Part shown: piece by piece, positions 9,653-20,496 of the stretch
Position numbering within the stretch: position 1 is the stretch's first letter
Layout of the letters: every line of letters begins with the position of its first letter
NCBI GenBank assembly: GCA_965203095.1
Contig: OZ241877.1
Location: 1,280,001 to 1,344,000, forward strand
Reading direction: 5' to 3'
Source: Bdellovibrionales bacterium
GTDB lineage: Bacteria > Bdellovibrionota > Bdellovibrionia > Bdellovibrionales > UBA1609
DNA: 64,000 nt
Position numbers and translations under genes: made by a program
The notes under the pieces: model-generated
Seen by the model: only the letters and a program-made list of their open reading frames with translations
Told to the model about the DNA's origin: nothing
Database searches by the model: none

Positions 9653-12600
9653 GGCCATATATCCAATTATCAGACAGCTATTACCGATCTACAAATTTAG
9701 ATCTGGACTTTAAAGATCCTTCCAAACTAAAGCCAATTTATTTTTCCTCTAAATTTCAAACCGGCTATCAAGAGATTTTGGTAACCATTTTAGAATCTAA
9801 CTCTAAACATAGGGTCAAAGTGTTAAGCGGATCGCCAGGGCTTGGAAAATCTACTTTTGCCCTATTTATAGCTCAAGCGGTATCAAAAAAACATCCACAA
9901 ATTGTCAAAAACTTAATTGCAAAAAGTAGAGCAAAATTAAAAAAAGAACATAAGCGATTTGCAAAAAGCAAAACAACAAAACTCCTTCCGGTTTTCATCA
10001 ATGGCTATGAGGGAGAAATAGAAACAGCTTTTAAAAACAAGTTAAAAAAATCTTTAACCGAGATAGGTATAGATCTAAAACAGCCCCCTAAAAGTGCTTT
10101 AGCTACTTATAAAAAAGCTTTGGATCTTTTAAAAACAAAAGGTTATGGGGGAATTTTTGTAATATATGATGAGTTTGGTAAATATCTTGAAAAAGGAATA
10201 CACAACCCAACCAATATGAACATTCAATTTTTGCAAGATTTTGCAGAGTTTTGCGACAGATCAGGTGCAAAACAATGCCACCTCATGCTTATTACTCATT
10301 TGTCTATTTCCCAATATGCCAGCCAACTCCCTATCAATATTCAACAAGAATGGGCCAAAATAGAAGGGCGGTTTCAAGAATCTGCTTTTTATGACAAAAA
10401 CACAGATTACTATAAGATGATATCTTTTGTTTTTAAAAAAAATATTTCTCAAACCAACAAAAAATTGAGCACAAAATATCAATCTTTTATAAAAAAATAT
10501 TTAAAAGGATTTAAAGCTAAAGGTTTTGAGGCGTTTATTGATCAAAAAAATTTAAAAGCCTTTCTTTTAAATTGTTATCCCTTGCATCCTGTTGTTTTGG
10601 GCCTTTTGCCTCATCTATCAAAAAAAATCTCTCAAAACGAGAGAACTATGTATACTTTTTTAACTCGCGATGAAAATCACTCCTTGAAAAGATTTTTATC
10701 TACCAACCTACAAGAAGACATTGCTTTATTAAAACCTTTTGATTTGTATAAATATTTTAGCCCTCTTATCGGAAAAGATGTAGGCATTGGTGGAACTTAT
10801 AAAATCCAGCTCATAGCAGAGGAGGCTTTTAACCTTATTGATAAAAAAGACGAAGTCTCTAAACAAATTATAAGTTTAATGGCTTTGTGTGGGGCTATCC
10901 GGGATTTCTATTTCACACCTTTAACGGAGGATTTTATATCCTCCTGTTTCAATCAAAGTTGGAGCAAAGTTCAAATTAAAAAAGCCATAAAAAACTTAAA
11001 AAACAAAAAACTTATTTTTTATAATAAAAATATCAAACAGTATTTATTGCAGGAGGGCTCCCCTATAGACATTGATGAAGAAATCTCTAAAATAAAAAAT
11101 GTTTCTTTAACCAGTAAAGCTTTAGTGCAAATTTTAAAAAGACATTTTAAAACTGATTTTATCACTCCCAAAAAATATAACTTTGATCATGCCATTACTC
11201 GCTTTTATAGGACAGAAATGATCTCTGTTGAAGAGCTAAAAAGCTTAAAATCGAGAAAAACTGTGGATTTTTACCGGGAGGACGGAGCTGTTTTTTATGT
11301 TATTCCCTTCAGCCATGACGAGCTAATTTACGCGAAAAAATTTATAAAAAATTTTTCATCCCCTTTAACCGTTTTTGTCCTCCCCCATCAGTTTGTGGAA
11401 TGCCGAAAAGACATTGAGGAGCTAAACGCTGTCCATTGCTTATCCAACAACAAAGAAATTGTATCCACTACCCCTTTAGTTAAAAAAGAGTTGGATCGCT
11501 ATAAGGATATTTTGCTTCATTCTATAAGCTCCCTCTTAAAACCTCTTATTGGCAGTATGAGAATGAGTGCAACAGTTCATTATCCTTTAAAAGGCAAAAA
11601 CAAAAAAATTAAGTGCTTTAATGATTTACAAAGGTTTTTAGGCGATTTGTTTGTAAAGGAATACAGCAAATACATAAAATTTAATTTAGAATATATGAAC
11701 CGCCACTCAGTTTCAGGAAGTATCACCTTAGGCCGGAAAAATTTTATTGATAAATTAAGGGCTTATAAAAAAGATTTAAAAGACATTCGGCAAAGCTACA
11801 CAGGCAAAGGGCCTGATTACGCGATATTTGATACTATGTGTAGATTCTCTAACTTTAAATACAACTCTAATCAAAGCATTTATGAAATTCCAAAAAAATC
11901 AGATTTTTATAGATTTTTTAAAGAATATAAGGCGATTCTAAATAAATATTCTAATGGAATCTCCGTTGATAAACTTTTAGATCTGCTTATTGCACCCCCT
12001 TTTGGCTTTCGTTTGGGAACTATTCCTGTCTTTATTGCTCTATCGGATTTATGCCTTAAACAACCAGTCAATCATTATTTTGATTCGGCTTATGTTAAAG
12101 ATTTAGACGGAGATCATTATGATCTGTTGATGAAATATCCTAAAAAAACTGTTATTCACTACATGGCTATAGATAACAAGCAACAAAGTTTTTTAGATGA
12201 AATAGGTAGTATTTTTAACACTAAAAATTCATCTATAAGAGGAGTTATTGAAGGGCTTTTAAAATGGAGAAAAACTGTTCCGGAATCTACAAAACTTTCT
12301 CAAAATTTATCTAAGGCGGGGAGAAAACTACTTATTCAAATCGACTCCTCTATAAAACCTGATCAACTTCTATTTGATGGAATCCCTAAAGCTTTTGAAA
12401 AGTCAAAAATAAATAGTCAAACAACAAATACGGAAATCAAGGATACTTTAAAAAAAATATCTCAAACAAAAAAAGAAATTGACGGAGTTTATAAAAAGCT
12501 GTTATTAAAAATAAAATTTGATCTTATAAGCTTTGCTAATTACATAACCAAGCAATGTTTTAACAACTCCTCTAAACTCATTAACAACAAACTCAATTTG

Positions 12601-13197
12601 TCTAATTTGGATTTTGTAAAAACTATGCCTGAAAATGCTCTACCTGAAACAACAGAAAACCTTAAACCGTCCAATAAGATTAAATTTGTTCAAAATACTC
12701 TTAAGCAGGTAAAAGATTATCCTTTAAGTTCTGGCACTAATCATTTTATAGGCCGGGTTTTAAACTTTGATCCTTCTAATTATGAGCAGTATTTTTTAGA
12801 AACTTCAGCTGATGTATTAACGGGTTCTTCCCCTCGGCATTGGAACAGCAAAACTTATTCTCAGTTTAAATTTGCTTTAAAGAAGATTACAACAGAAATA
12901 GAACTGGCTTGTGAGATAGCTCAGCCCAATTTTAATGGACAAACTGTATTGGCTTTTATAGATAAAGGGAAAAATAAAAAAACTTTTATAAAGCTTAGCA
13001 CTTATTCCGGTATAGATAGAGGTCTTAACTCTGCTACTAAAGAGATACAAAACCAGCTCAAAAATTTTGATGAGATAGATAAAAGAAAAATCATTCTATC
13101 TGTTTTAGAGGCAATGAACAAACAATCTTTAGAAAAAGACGATGAGGAAAATAGGGAAAGCGAAACCTATAATGAGGGGGTAGATGCCAATGTCTAA
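9649..13197 (+). CDS. sspC: large P-loop ATPase, SspC-like
   Basis: GSPGLGKS, IYDEFGK, EWAKIEGRF, YPLHP, QNERT, PPFG; GTGA overlap with the upstream gene. Confidence 0.78.
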   Translation: MRPYIQLSDSYYRSTNLDLDFKDPSKLKPIYFSSKFQTGYQEILVTILESNSKHRVKVLSGSPGLGKSTFALFIAQAVSKKHPQIVKNLIAKSRAKLKKEHKRFAKSKTTKLLPVFINGYEGEIETAFKNKLKKSLTEIGIDLKQPPKSALATYKKALDLLKTKGYGGIFVIYDEFGKYLEKGIHNPTNMNIQFLQDFAEFCDRSGAKQCHLMLITHLSISQYASQLPINIQQEWAKIEGRFQESAFYDKNTDYYKMISFVFKKNISQTNKKLSTKYQSFIKKYLKGFKAKGFEAFIDQKNLKAFLLNCYPLHPVVLGLLPHLSKKISQNERTMYTFLTRDENHSLKRFLSTNLQEDIALLKPFDLYKYFSPLIGKDVGIGGTYKIQLIAEEAFNLIDKKDEVSKQIISLMALCGAIRDFYFTPLTEDFISSCFNQSWSKVQIKKAIKNLKNKKLIFYNKNIKQYLLQEGSPIDIDEEISKIKNVSLTSKALVQILKRHFKTDFITPKKYNFDHAITRFYRTEMISVEELKSLKSRKTVDFYREDGAVFYVIPFSHDELIYAKKFIKNFSSPLTVFVLPHQFVECRKDIEELNAVHCLSNNKEIVSTTPLVKKELDRYKDILLHSISSLLKPLIGSMRMSATVHYPLKGKNKKIKCFNDLQRFLGDLFVKEYSKYIKFNLEYMNRHSVSGSITLGRKNFIDKLRAYKKDLKDIRQSYTGKGPDYAIFDTMCRFSNFKYNSNQSIYEIPKKSDFYRFFKEYKAILNKYSNGISVDKLLDLLIAPPFGFRLGTIPVFIALSDLCLKQPVNHYFDSAYVKDLDGDHYDLLMKYPKKTVIHYMAIDNKQQSFLDEIGSIFNTKNSSIRGVIEGLLKWRKTVPESTKLSQNLSKAGRKLLIQIDSSIKPDQLLFDGIPKAFEKSKINSQTTNTEIKDTLKKISQTKKEIDGVYKKLLLKIKFDLISFANYITKQCFNNSSKLINNKLNLSNLDFVKTMPENALPETTENLKPSNKIKFVQNTLKQVKDYPLSSGTNHFIGRVLNFDPSNYEQYFLETSADVLTGSSPRHWNSKTYSQFKFALKKITTEIELACEIAQPNFNGQTVLAFIDKGKNKKTFIKLSTYSGIDRGLNSATKEIQNQLKNFDEIDKRKIILSVLEAMNKQSLEKDDEENRESETYNEGVDANV

Positions 13198-14017
13198 AAT
13201 GTCTCATTTTAATTATGATAAAAAAAGACGGCAAGTTTGCCCGCTTTCTGGAGGTAAAGATTCTACGGCTTTGGCTATTTTTCTTAAAAGTAAAATTAAA
13301 AATTTAGAATATGTTTTTTGTGACACAGGGAGTGAGCTACCGGAAACATACCAATATTTAGATAAATTAGAAGCTTTTTTAGGTCAAAAAATCGTCCGGT
13401 TGAATAGTGAAAAAAATTTTGATTATTTATTAAAGCAACATTCAGATTATTTACCTTCCCCAAGAGCCCGCTGGTGCACTTTGGAAATGAAGATCAAATC
13501 TTTTGAAAAATATATCGGGAATGATCCTATAGAGAGTTATATTGGGATAAGGGCGGATGAACAGAGAGGGGGTTATATTTCTCAAAAAAACACAATTTTG
13601 CCTCGCTACCCTTTTAAAGAGGAGGGAATTGGTTTGGAGGGGGTAAATCAAATTTTAGAAGAATCGGGCATTGGCCTCCCAAAATATTATGAATGGAGAT
13701 CCCGATCGGGTTGTTATTTTTGCTTTTTTCAGAGGAAAATTGAATGGGTGGGTCTGTTGGAAAAACACCCCAAGCTTTTTGAAAAAGCCAAATGGTATGA
13801 AAAGCAAAATTATAAAGGGGACCATGTCTCTTTTACATGGGTTGAAGGCATGCCTTTAGAAGAAGTAGAAAAAAACAAAGAAAAAATCAAACAAAACTAT
13901 AAAACTCGTATGGAAAAGGCCCAACGGAATCAAAAAGGGAAACACATTACAGATGTTTTTAAGGATGTTGTAAATGATGACGATCAAGAGGACGCCTGCT
14001 TGATATGCGATTTGTGA
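13184..14017 (+). CDS. sspD: PAPS-reductase family protein, SspD-like
   Basis: SGGKDS PP-loop, CDTGSELPET, RWCT, GIRADE, RSGCYFC, C-terminal CLIC. Confidence 0.85.
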   Translation: MPMSKMSHFNYDKKRRQVCPLSGGKDSTALAIFLKSKIKNLEYVFCDTGSELPETYQYLDKLEAFLGQKIVRLNSEKNFDYLLKQHSDYLPSPRARWCTLEMKIKSFEKYIGNDPIESYIGIRADEQRGGYISQKNTILPRYPFKEEGIGLEGVNQILEESGIGLPKYYEWRSRSGCYFCFFQRKIEWVGLLEKHPKLFEKAKWYEKQNYKGDHVSFTWVEGMPLEEVEKNKEKIKQNYKTRMEKAQRNQKGKHITDVFKDVVNDDDQEDACLICDL

Positions 14018-14039
14018 CACATAGTGGTTTTTAAAATAC

Positions 14040-15002
14040 ATGAAAACTGTTGAAATTTTTAAAAAATTTATAGAGAAAGTTTTTAAAACGACTTTGGAAG
14101 TATTTTTCCAAGCTTTAAAGATGAGTCCAAATGCTCAAGGGTATGTAGGGGGTTCAATTACTGAAATTCTGCTATGGAAAAAACTAAAAAGTCATGGTCT
14201 TGAAACTTTGCGTATTCGTGAAAAATGGGAAGGTACTAAACATAGAAATCATCGAGGGGATTTTTACTTTAAATACCAGTCAAGTTGGTATGTTGTTGAA
14301 GCTAAAGGAATCAAGTCCAATGCAGAGATATGGCATAAATTATATAATAAAAAAAATCTAAAAGATTTTTTAGTTAGGCATTCTAGCCTTCTTCCCTGGG
14401 TAAAAAATAAAAAATCTTCTGAAGACCAAGTTGAGAAATGGATGCTCTCTCACCTTCCTTATTTTTACAGCAATTATTCTGAGAATCTTTACAGCTTTGA
14501 AGAAGTTAAAAGATACAGTTTAAAGGGAGTCGGGACAAAGAAAGCACATTCTATTTCAAAACTAAAGAACAAATCTCAAGATGAAATAAATAAACTTATT
14601 TCCGAGAGAGTCAATTATATCAGATCAAAAATATCTGTATTGGAAACACATTTTGTTTCCGGAGTATCTGGTGGAGGATATAGAAGACAAGCCACACCCT
14701 GTTTTGATGAATTTAACCTTTTAGCAGTAGATATTTATCTTCAATATCCAAAACATTATTTTTTATTTGCAAATCCAAATAATTTATCTTCATCTGAGAA
14801 AGACAGCGATCATTTAAGACAAAATTATATTATGGGTTTTGTTTTAAATGATAAAAAAGGGAGAGCTTATTTATCATTAGATGAAGAGTGGATTCCTGAT
14901 TTAGACACAGTATTAAAAAGGCTTGATCCTAAAAAATCTATATTGGAAAAAGATATGCAAGTAGATAATCGTTATAATGATTTTAATAATATAAAGAAAT
15001 AG
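14040..15002 (+). CDS. putative PD-(D/E)xK restriction endonuclease
   Basis: E…GDFYF…VVEAK nuclease-like motif; directly upstream of a methyltransferase. Confidence 0.6.
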   Translation: MKTVEIFKKFIEKVFKTTLEVFFQALKMSPNAQGYVGGSITEILLWKKLKSHGLETLRIREKWEGTKHRNHRGDFYFKYQSSWYVVEAKGIKSNAEIWHKLYNKKNLKDFLVRHSSLLPWVKNKKSSEDQVEKWMLSHLPYFYSNYSENLYSFEEVKRYSLKGVGTKKAHSISKLKNKSQDEINKLISERVNYIRSKISVLETHFVSGVSGGGYRRQATPCFDEFNLLAVDIYLQYPKHYFLFANPNNLSSSEKDSDHLRQNYIMGFVLNDKKGRAYLSLDEEWIPDLDTVLKRLDPKKSILEKDMQVDNRYNDFNNIKK

Positions 15003-15010
15003 AAGGTAAA

Positions 15011-17011
15011 ATGGAACAAATGCCACTAATAAAAAATCTATCTGATTTTTCTCAAAAAGAAAAATTAAGTCAAAAAACAATAATTTTATCTGCTCTTGAA
15101 GACTGTCATAACTATATTTATGCTAATGAGGGAATTTTAAAAGAAAAAGCTTTTCGAGAAATAATAAAAATTCTTTTTATGAAAATTTACTCTGAAAAGG
15201 CAGAAAATAGTTTGTTTCAAATTACTGAAAAAGAATATAAAAACATTTTTTTAGATATTTCATGCGAAAGCTTTAAGAAAAGAGTTAAAAAATTATATTG
15301 TAAGATTTCTGAAAGATCCTCGTTGAATGTTTGGAATGAGGGACTTCTTCTTAGTGTAAAAACTATAGCTTATATAATAGATCGCCTTCAATCTATTTCT
15401 TTAAAAAAAACTGTAGGAGATATATCTGGTCAAGCGTTTCAAACCTTTATTCATTCCCATCAGCGTGGAGAGAGGGGGGAGTTTTTTACCCCATCCCCTG
15501 TTGTGGAATTAGCTGTTAATATAATTAACCCTCGATTTGGCGAGAGGATAATTGATCCTGCTTGTGGAAGTGGTGGCTTTCTCTTGAGTGCTATTAAGTA
15601 TGTTGGTGGGCAAGTTTCAAATAAGAAACTGTCTCACTATATAAAACATAATATTCATGGTATTGAATTTAATCCTGATGTGGCCTTAACTGCTAAATTA
15701 CTGATTGAAATGGAAGGAGGGAGGGAATCCAATATCATTTGTGCCAATTCTCTCAGTATAGAAGAGCAACATGGCTCATTTGATATTACTCTTGCTAATC
15801 CACCCTTTGGCCGGAGAGGAAAAGTTGTAGATCCATCCATCCTTAATAAATATGACTTAGGTAAAAAATGGAGGCTTTCCGGCAAGAACCTTTGGTGTGC
15901 AAACAAATCTGTTTTGCATAACCAACCGCCAGAAATTTTGTTTATTGAAAAGTGTTTAAAACTTTTAAGGCCAGAGGGACGAATGGCTATTGTGGTTCCG
16001 GATGGCTTGTTGCAAAATTCTTCTTTAGCTTTTGTCAGGCATTGGATAAAATCACGAACCAGTGTTATAGGAATCATATCTCTTCCACAAGAAACTTTTA
16101 TGCCTTTTGGAACAGGGGTAAAAACCTCTTTGATTTTTTTAAGAAAAAACTTTCAAAAAAAGAATGTATTTTTCTCAAAAATAAAAAATATTGGTTATGA
16201 TGTTAAAGGAAATATACATTATAAACAACCTGTTCCTCTTTTGAACAATAAAAAAAATATCAAAACTGGCAACTTTTCTATCTTACAGAATATAAACAGT
16301 GACATTGATCAAGTAGTAAAAGCATTTCACAACAAAAAAAGAAAGAGAGCGTCATCTATTGCTTGGGAATTAAAACACTCTTTACTTAAAGATAGGTGGG
16401 ATGCTGAACATTACTCTTTAAATGACTTAGAGATGATTAGCCATTTGGATCCTAATAATATTCTTTCAAATTTTGTGGAAATTGTCCGGAAAAAAGAGGA
16501 TTTTTCCAAAATCAACCAAGATAAACTTAAATATATAGCTATATCTGACATAGACCGCTATGGGATGAGAATTGCCAATCATCAAAAACTATGCACTAAG
16601 GAATTGCCTTCAAGAGCTTCTTATAAAATAATTGAGGGGGATATCTTGTTGGCTGTATCAGGAGCTAATACAGGAACAGAAAAGCAAGCTGTGGCTATTG
16701 TCACAAAAGATTATAATGGGGCTATATGTTCCAACGGTTTTGCAGTATTGAGAAATACAAAAAACATAAACAAATATTACCTTTTAGCGTTTTTTAAAAC
16801 AGGAATTTTTATAAAACAAGTTCGCCGGATGATGACAGGCCATGCTATTCCTTGTATATCTTTAACCAATTTAGGAAATATTATTATCCCTATTCCTAAA
16901 AAAAATGTTCAAAACAAAATTGCTGAGAAAACAAAACGAATTATTAAACTCAGTCAAATTCAGAATAAAGAATTGGATTATTTAAAAAAAGAAGCCATTT
17001 TTAACCTGTGA
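15011..17011 (+). CDS. N6-adenine methyltransferase (HsdM-like) fused to a C-terminal HsdS-like target recognition domain
   Basis: GEFFTP, DPACGSGGFL, NPPF; C-terminal LPSRA…GDILL…CSNGFAVL…IIIPIP TRD pattern. Confidence 0.88.
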   Translation: MEQMPLIKNLSDFSQKEKLSQKTIILSALEDCHNYIYANEGILKEKAFREIIKILFMKIYSEKAENSLFQITEKEYKNIFLDISCESFKKRVKKLYCKISERSSLNVWNEGLLLSVKTIAYIIDRLQSISLKKTVGDISGQAFQTFIHSHQRGERGEFFTPSPVVELAVNIINPRFGERIIDPACGSGGFLLSAIKYVGGQVSNKKLSHYIKHNIHGIEFNPDVALTAKLLIEMEGGRESNIICANSLSIEEQHGSFDITLANPPFGRRGKVVDPSILNKYDLGKKWRLSGKNLWCANKSVLHNQPPEILFIEKCLKLLRPEGRMAIVVPDGLLQNSSLAFVRHWIKSRTSVIGIISLPQETFMPFGTGVKTSLIFLRKNFQKKNVFFSKIKNIGYDVKGNIHYKQPVPLLNNKKNIKTGNFSILQNINSDIDQVVKAFHNKKRKRASSIAWELKHSLLKDRWDAEHYSLNDLEMISHLDPNNILSNFVEIVRKKEDFSKINQDKLKYIAISDIDRYGMRIANHQKLCTKELPSRASYKIIEGDILLAVSGANTGTEKQAVAIVTKDYNGAICSNGFAVLRNTKNINKYYLLAFFKTGIFIKQVRRMMTGHAIPCISLTNLGNIIIPIPKKNVQNKIAEKTKRIIKLSQIQNKELDYLKKEAIFNL

Positions 17012-17247
17012 AAAAACTTTTGAAATACCCGCTCAGCCTGCCAAAAAGTCCCTCAGACTTTTTTATTCCACTGCAAAAAGGAATCCACATCTTCTCTCAG
17101 AAAAGCCTCACCACAGGAATTTTGCTTATGCCAATGAGAGGATTAAAAAAATAGCTTTTCCTAATTTCCAGTCTTGACAGCATAAAGATAGCTGATATAT
17201 CGTCTATTTTATAGGAGCTTATTTAAAACCAATAAGGAGATTAAAAA

Positions 17248-19149
17248 ATGTCTGAAAAACTAAAAGTTCAAGTTTTAGAAGGAGCTGATAATAAGCTGGA
17301 TCTGGCAAAATTGGAAGATATTTTAAAAAGAAAGCTTATTATCCCCTCTTATCAGCGACCTTATTCTTGGAAAACTGAAGATATAAAAGAGATATTTGAA
17401 ACAATTAAAACAGCAAGAGAAAATGAAGAGAACCTTTACTTTTTTGGATCCATAATTTTATCTCAAAAAAGCAATGCTACTTATGGACAAGAGGAATACT
17501 ATATTATTGACGGACAACAAAGGCTCTCTTCATTTCTTCTTATATTGAAGGTTATTTTAATTGAGTTAAAACATCTTCTCAAAGAATTAGAGGGAAAGGG
17601 GAACCAATCAAAAGAGCAAATAAAAAAGGAAACTGAACTGGAATCTAAAAAAGAGGAACTGTCAAAAATAATTGATACTGTAAGTTTAACAAGAGAACAG
17701 TCTGATGATAGTGAGGAAAAATCTATACTCCATTTCATTAAAAAGGGCAAAGATTATGAGAATCTTCCAGATCATTTAGACAAAAAAATAAAAGAAATAT
17801 ATGAGCATTCTATAGTTCCCTTTCAAAAGGAATGGCCAGATCCAGCTGACGAGAAGTTTTTAAATAAATACATTGATGAAACTCTAAGTTTTTTAGATCA
17901 AATTTTAAATCAAATTAAATTTTGTTTGATCAACATTACAGGGCAAAATTCAGAAGATTTTGCCATTAACCTGTTCAATACATTAAACACAACAGGTCAA
18001 CCTTTGACTGCTTTTGAGGTTTTAAAATCAGAACTGTATAAGATTGATCCAAAATTATCAAAAACCATTGATGAGATACAAAAAGATATCATAAAAAAAT
18101 ATACTTTTCAGAGAAAAAAAATTATCAGCCATACAGGAAAACTCCTTCTTTACCTTCCTCTTTACAGAGGGGATTTTAAAGAAGATAGCTACACCCTATC
18201 GGACAGAAAATTTAAAGATCAAAGAGGCTATTTAAAAGAGGTTTTAGATTCAAAAACAGCCTCTCAACTGGTAGAAGATATTAAAACTGTTGATGAGTTT
18301 TATTCCCAATTTTGGCTGGATCCGGACTCTATAAAAAAATTGCTGAAAAAAGATGACGAGCGAGTCTGTTTTCATTTTTTATCAGAGTTAACACATGATC
18401 GCGTTTTGCCTATAATGATCCGCTTTCATAAAAACCAAAGAGAATCCTTGGGCAAGTGTGTAAAAGTTTGCACAGCCTTTTCCAGCCTTTGGCGTGCATT
18501 TTCTGATGGAGGCACTTCTGGAGTGGATAAAGCTTATAAAGATATTTCATTAGATCTAAAAGAGGATCATAGTATTGAAAATCTGAATAAGAAGTTAAAG
18601 GAGCTTTTTCTAAAAAAATTATCATCTAAACCATCCAGTAGTATTAATATTGAGGAAGCTAAAGATACATGGTTGAAAAAATTAAAAATAAGCACTGTAT
18701 ATAAAAATCAAAAACTCTCTAAGTTTTTGCTTTTCATAGCTTATAATAAATTACATTTTAATTCTAACACAAAACTTTTGCAAAAAAGCAAGGGGATAGA
18801 CATTCTAAAATTACATTATTGGAAAGATGAAGATTATAAAACCATAGAACATATAATCCCTAAGACTAATAGAACATTCTTTAGTCATATTCATACTTTA
18901 GGCAATCTTACTCTTTTGCCTCAAAAATTAAATTCCTCTGTAGGAGATAAGCCTTTCTCAGAAAAACTTAAACAATACAAAAAATTTTGCTCAACAGAAA
19001 ACGAAGATAAATATCCCTACCTTCCCCTAATAAAGCATATTGCCCATTGTAATCAGTTTAAGCAAGAAGAGATAGAAGATCGATCAAAAATTCTATCTGA
19101 ATTTGTTTGGAAGACATTGGCTGAGGATTGGTTGGGTTGGAGAGAATGA
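17248..19149 (+). CDS. sspE: DUF262 + DUF1524 protein, SspE-like effector
   Basis: IPSYQRPYSW, IIDGQQR, FNTLNTTG, IEHIIP…LGNLTLL…N; lies within the Ssp locus. Confidence 0.8.
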   Translation: MSEKLKVQVLEGADNKLDLAKLEDILKRKLIIPSYQRPYSWKTEDIKEIFETIKTARENEENLYFFGSIILSQKSNATYGQEEYYIIDGQQRLSSFLLILKVILIELKHLLKELEGKGNQSKEQIKKETELESKKEELSKIIDTVSLTREQSDDSEEKSILHFIKKGKDYENLPDHLDKKIKEIYEHSIVPFQKEWPDPADEKFLNKYIDETLSFLDQILNQIKFCLINITGQNSEDFAINLFNTLNTTGQPLTAFEVLKSELYKIDPKLSKTIDEIQKDIIKKYTFQRKKIISHTGKLLLYLPLYRGDFKEDSYTLSDRKFKDQRGYLKEVLDSKTASQLVEDIKTVDEFYSQFWLDPDSIKKLLKKDDERVCFHFLSELTHDRVLPIMIRFHKNQRESLGKCVKVCTAFSSLWRAFSDGGTSGVDKAYKDISLDLKEDHSIENLNKKLKELFLKKLSSKPSSSINIEEAKDTWLKKLKISTVYKNQKLSKFLLFIAYNKLHFNSNTKLLQKSKGIDILKLHYWKDEDYKTIEHIIPKTNRTFFSHIHTLGNLTLLPQKLNSSVGDKPFSEKLKQYKKFCSTENEDKYPYLPLIKHIAHCNQFKQEEIEDRSKILSEFVWKTLAEDWLGWRE

Positions 19150-20411
19150 TTTATTTTGATTATAATTCCACAGCTCCTTATTCCCCTTTGGTGAGGGAGT
19201 ATTTGCAGGCAAATATATTGGAGGATTGGCAAAACCCTTCCTCTGTTTATCCACAAGCACAAGTTTTGGATCAAAGGCTTAAGGAATGCCGAAAAGCTAT
19301 TGCAGAGCATTTGAACTGTTCTCCTAAAAATATGTTTTTCACAAGTGGTGGAACAGAATCCATTAACACCATCTTATCACCGGAAACATTGAGATTGAAC
19401 CAGCTATCCGGTTTTATCACTTCCCCCTTAGAACACCATGCAAGCTTAAAAAGATTGGAATATTTATCTCAAAACAGGAGCTTTTACCAAAAAATTAAAA
19501 GTGAAAAGTATAGTGGAGGGGGGCACGATCCACAAACCAAAATTCATTGGGTAGGACATAATAGCCAAGGGGAGATGGATCTTAACAGTTTGGAGAAAAT
19601 TTGTTCTCAAAACCCTTGTTCTTTGCTTTCCTTTCTGAGTGCTAATAATGAAACTGGGGTAATCAACAATATTCAGGAAATAAGCAAAATTGCCAGAAAA
19701 TATAAATGCCTTGTTCATATAGACATGGCTCAATCCCTTGGAAAAATTTTTATAGATTTAGAGGATGTGGATTTTGCCAGTTTCTCAGGCCATAAAGTGG
19801 GAGCTATGAAGGGCATTGGCCTGCTTTATGCTAAAAAAGCCTTTGCCCCTTTAATGCAGGGCGGAGGGCAAGAGCAAGGTTTTAGGCCGGGGACTTATAA
19901 TTTCCCAGCCATTTACTCTTTAAAATTAGCTGTTCAAGATATTGATTTTTCAAAATGGGAATTTATCAGAAAATTAAGAAATTATTTTGAAAATTCTTTA
20001 TTGGGCAAAAAAGAAGATGAAACAACGCTCTCCGCCCATAAAACCCATTTAACTCCTTTTAAAATTAATTGCCAGGGGGCTAATCGCTTGCCAAACACTA
20101 CCAATCTTTATTGTGGTCCCGGTATAAGCAATCAAGCCGTTTTACTGTTTTTAGCTCAAAGAGGGATATGTGTTTCTACTGGATCAGCTTGCAATGCCGG
20201 ATCCCCTGAGCCTTCCCATGTTCTTACAAACTTAGCAAGATTAGAAACTTTAGATGATCCTTTGTATGATCCAAGGGGATATGCAAGATCCTGCATTAGA
20301 GTTTCTTTTTCCCCTAATAACACAAAACAGGAAGTGGATAATTTGATAGGAGCTTTATATGATTTTCATTCTAAAAACCACCGATTAGATATACCCGCCA
20401 TAACACTTTAA
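19146..20411 (+). CDS. sspA: cysteine desulfurase (IscS/SspA-like)
   Basis: IYFDYNSTAP, TSGGTES, NNETG, SGHK (PLP lysine), STGSAC. The ATGA overlap with the sspE stop places the start at 19146. Confidence 0.85.
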   Translation: MIYFDYNSTAPYSPLVREYLQANILEDWQNPSSVYPQAQVLDQRLKECRKAIAEHLNCSPKNMFFTSGGTESINTILSPETLRLNQLSGFITSPLEHHASLKRLEYLSQNRSFYQKIKSEKYSGGGHDPQTKIHWVGHNSQGEMDLNSLEKICSQNPCSLLSFLSANNETGVINNIQEISKIARKYKCLVHIDMAQSLGKIFIDLEDVDFASFSGHKVGAMKGIGLLYAKKAFAPLMQGGGQEQGFRPGTYNFPAIYSLKLAVQDIDFSKWEFIRKLRNYFENSLLGKKEDETTLSAHKTHLTPFKINCQGANRLPNTTNLYCGPGISNQAVLLFLAQRGICVSTGSACNAGSPEPSHVLTNLARLETLDDPLYDPRGYARSCIRVSFSPNNTKQEVDNLIGALYDFHSKNHRLDIPAITL

Positions 20412-20496
20412 GTTCAGTGACGGTTGTGGCAGGAAATATTTAATTTGTGACTGATGAAAATAGTTTAGTCCTGGGTATTAAAGGGAGGGTTGTTTT

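Noticed and set aside
8783..14017. BREX type 4 or Dnd system
   Set aside because: No PglZ/BrxL or DndB/D/E-like genes. Separate DUF4007, ATPase, PAPS reductase, DUF262/1524 and desulfurase genes fit Ssp better.
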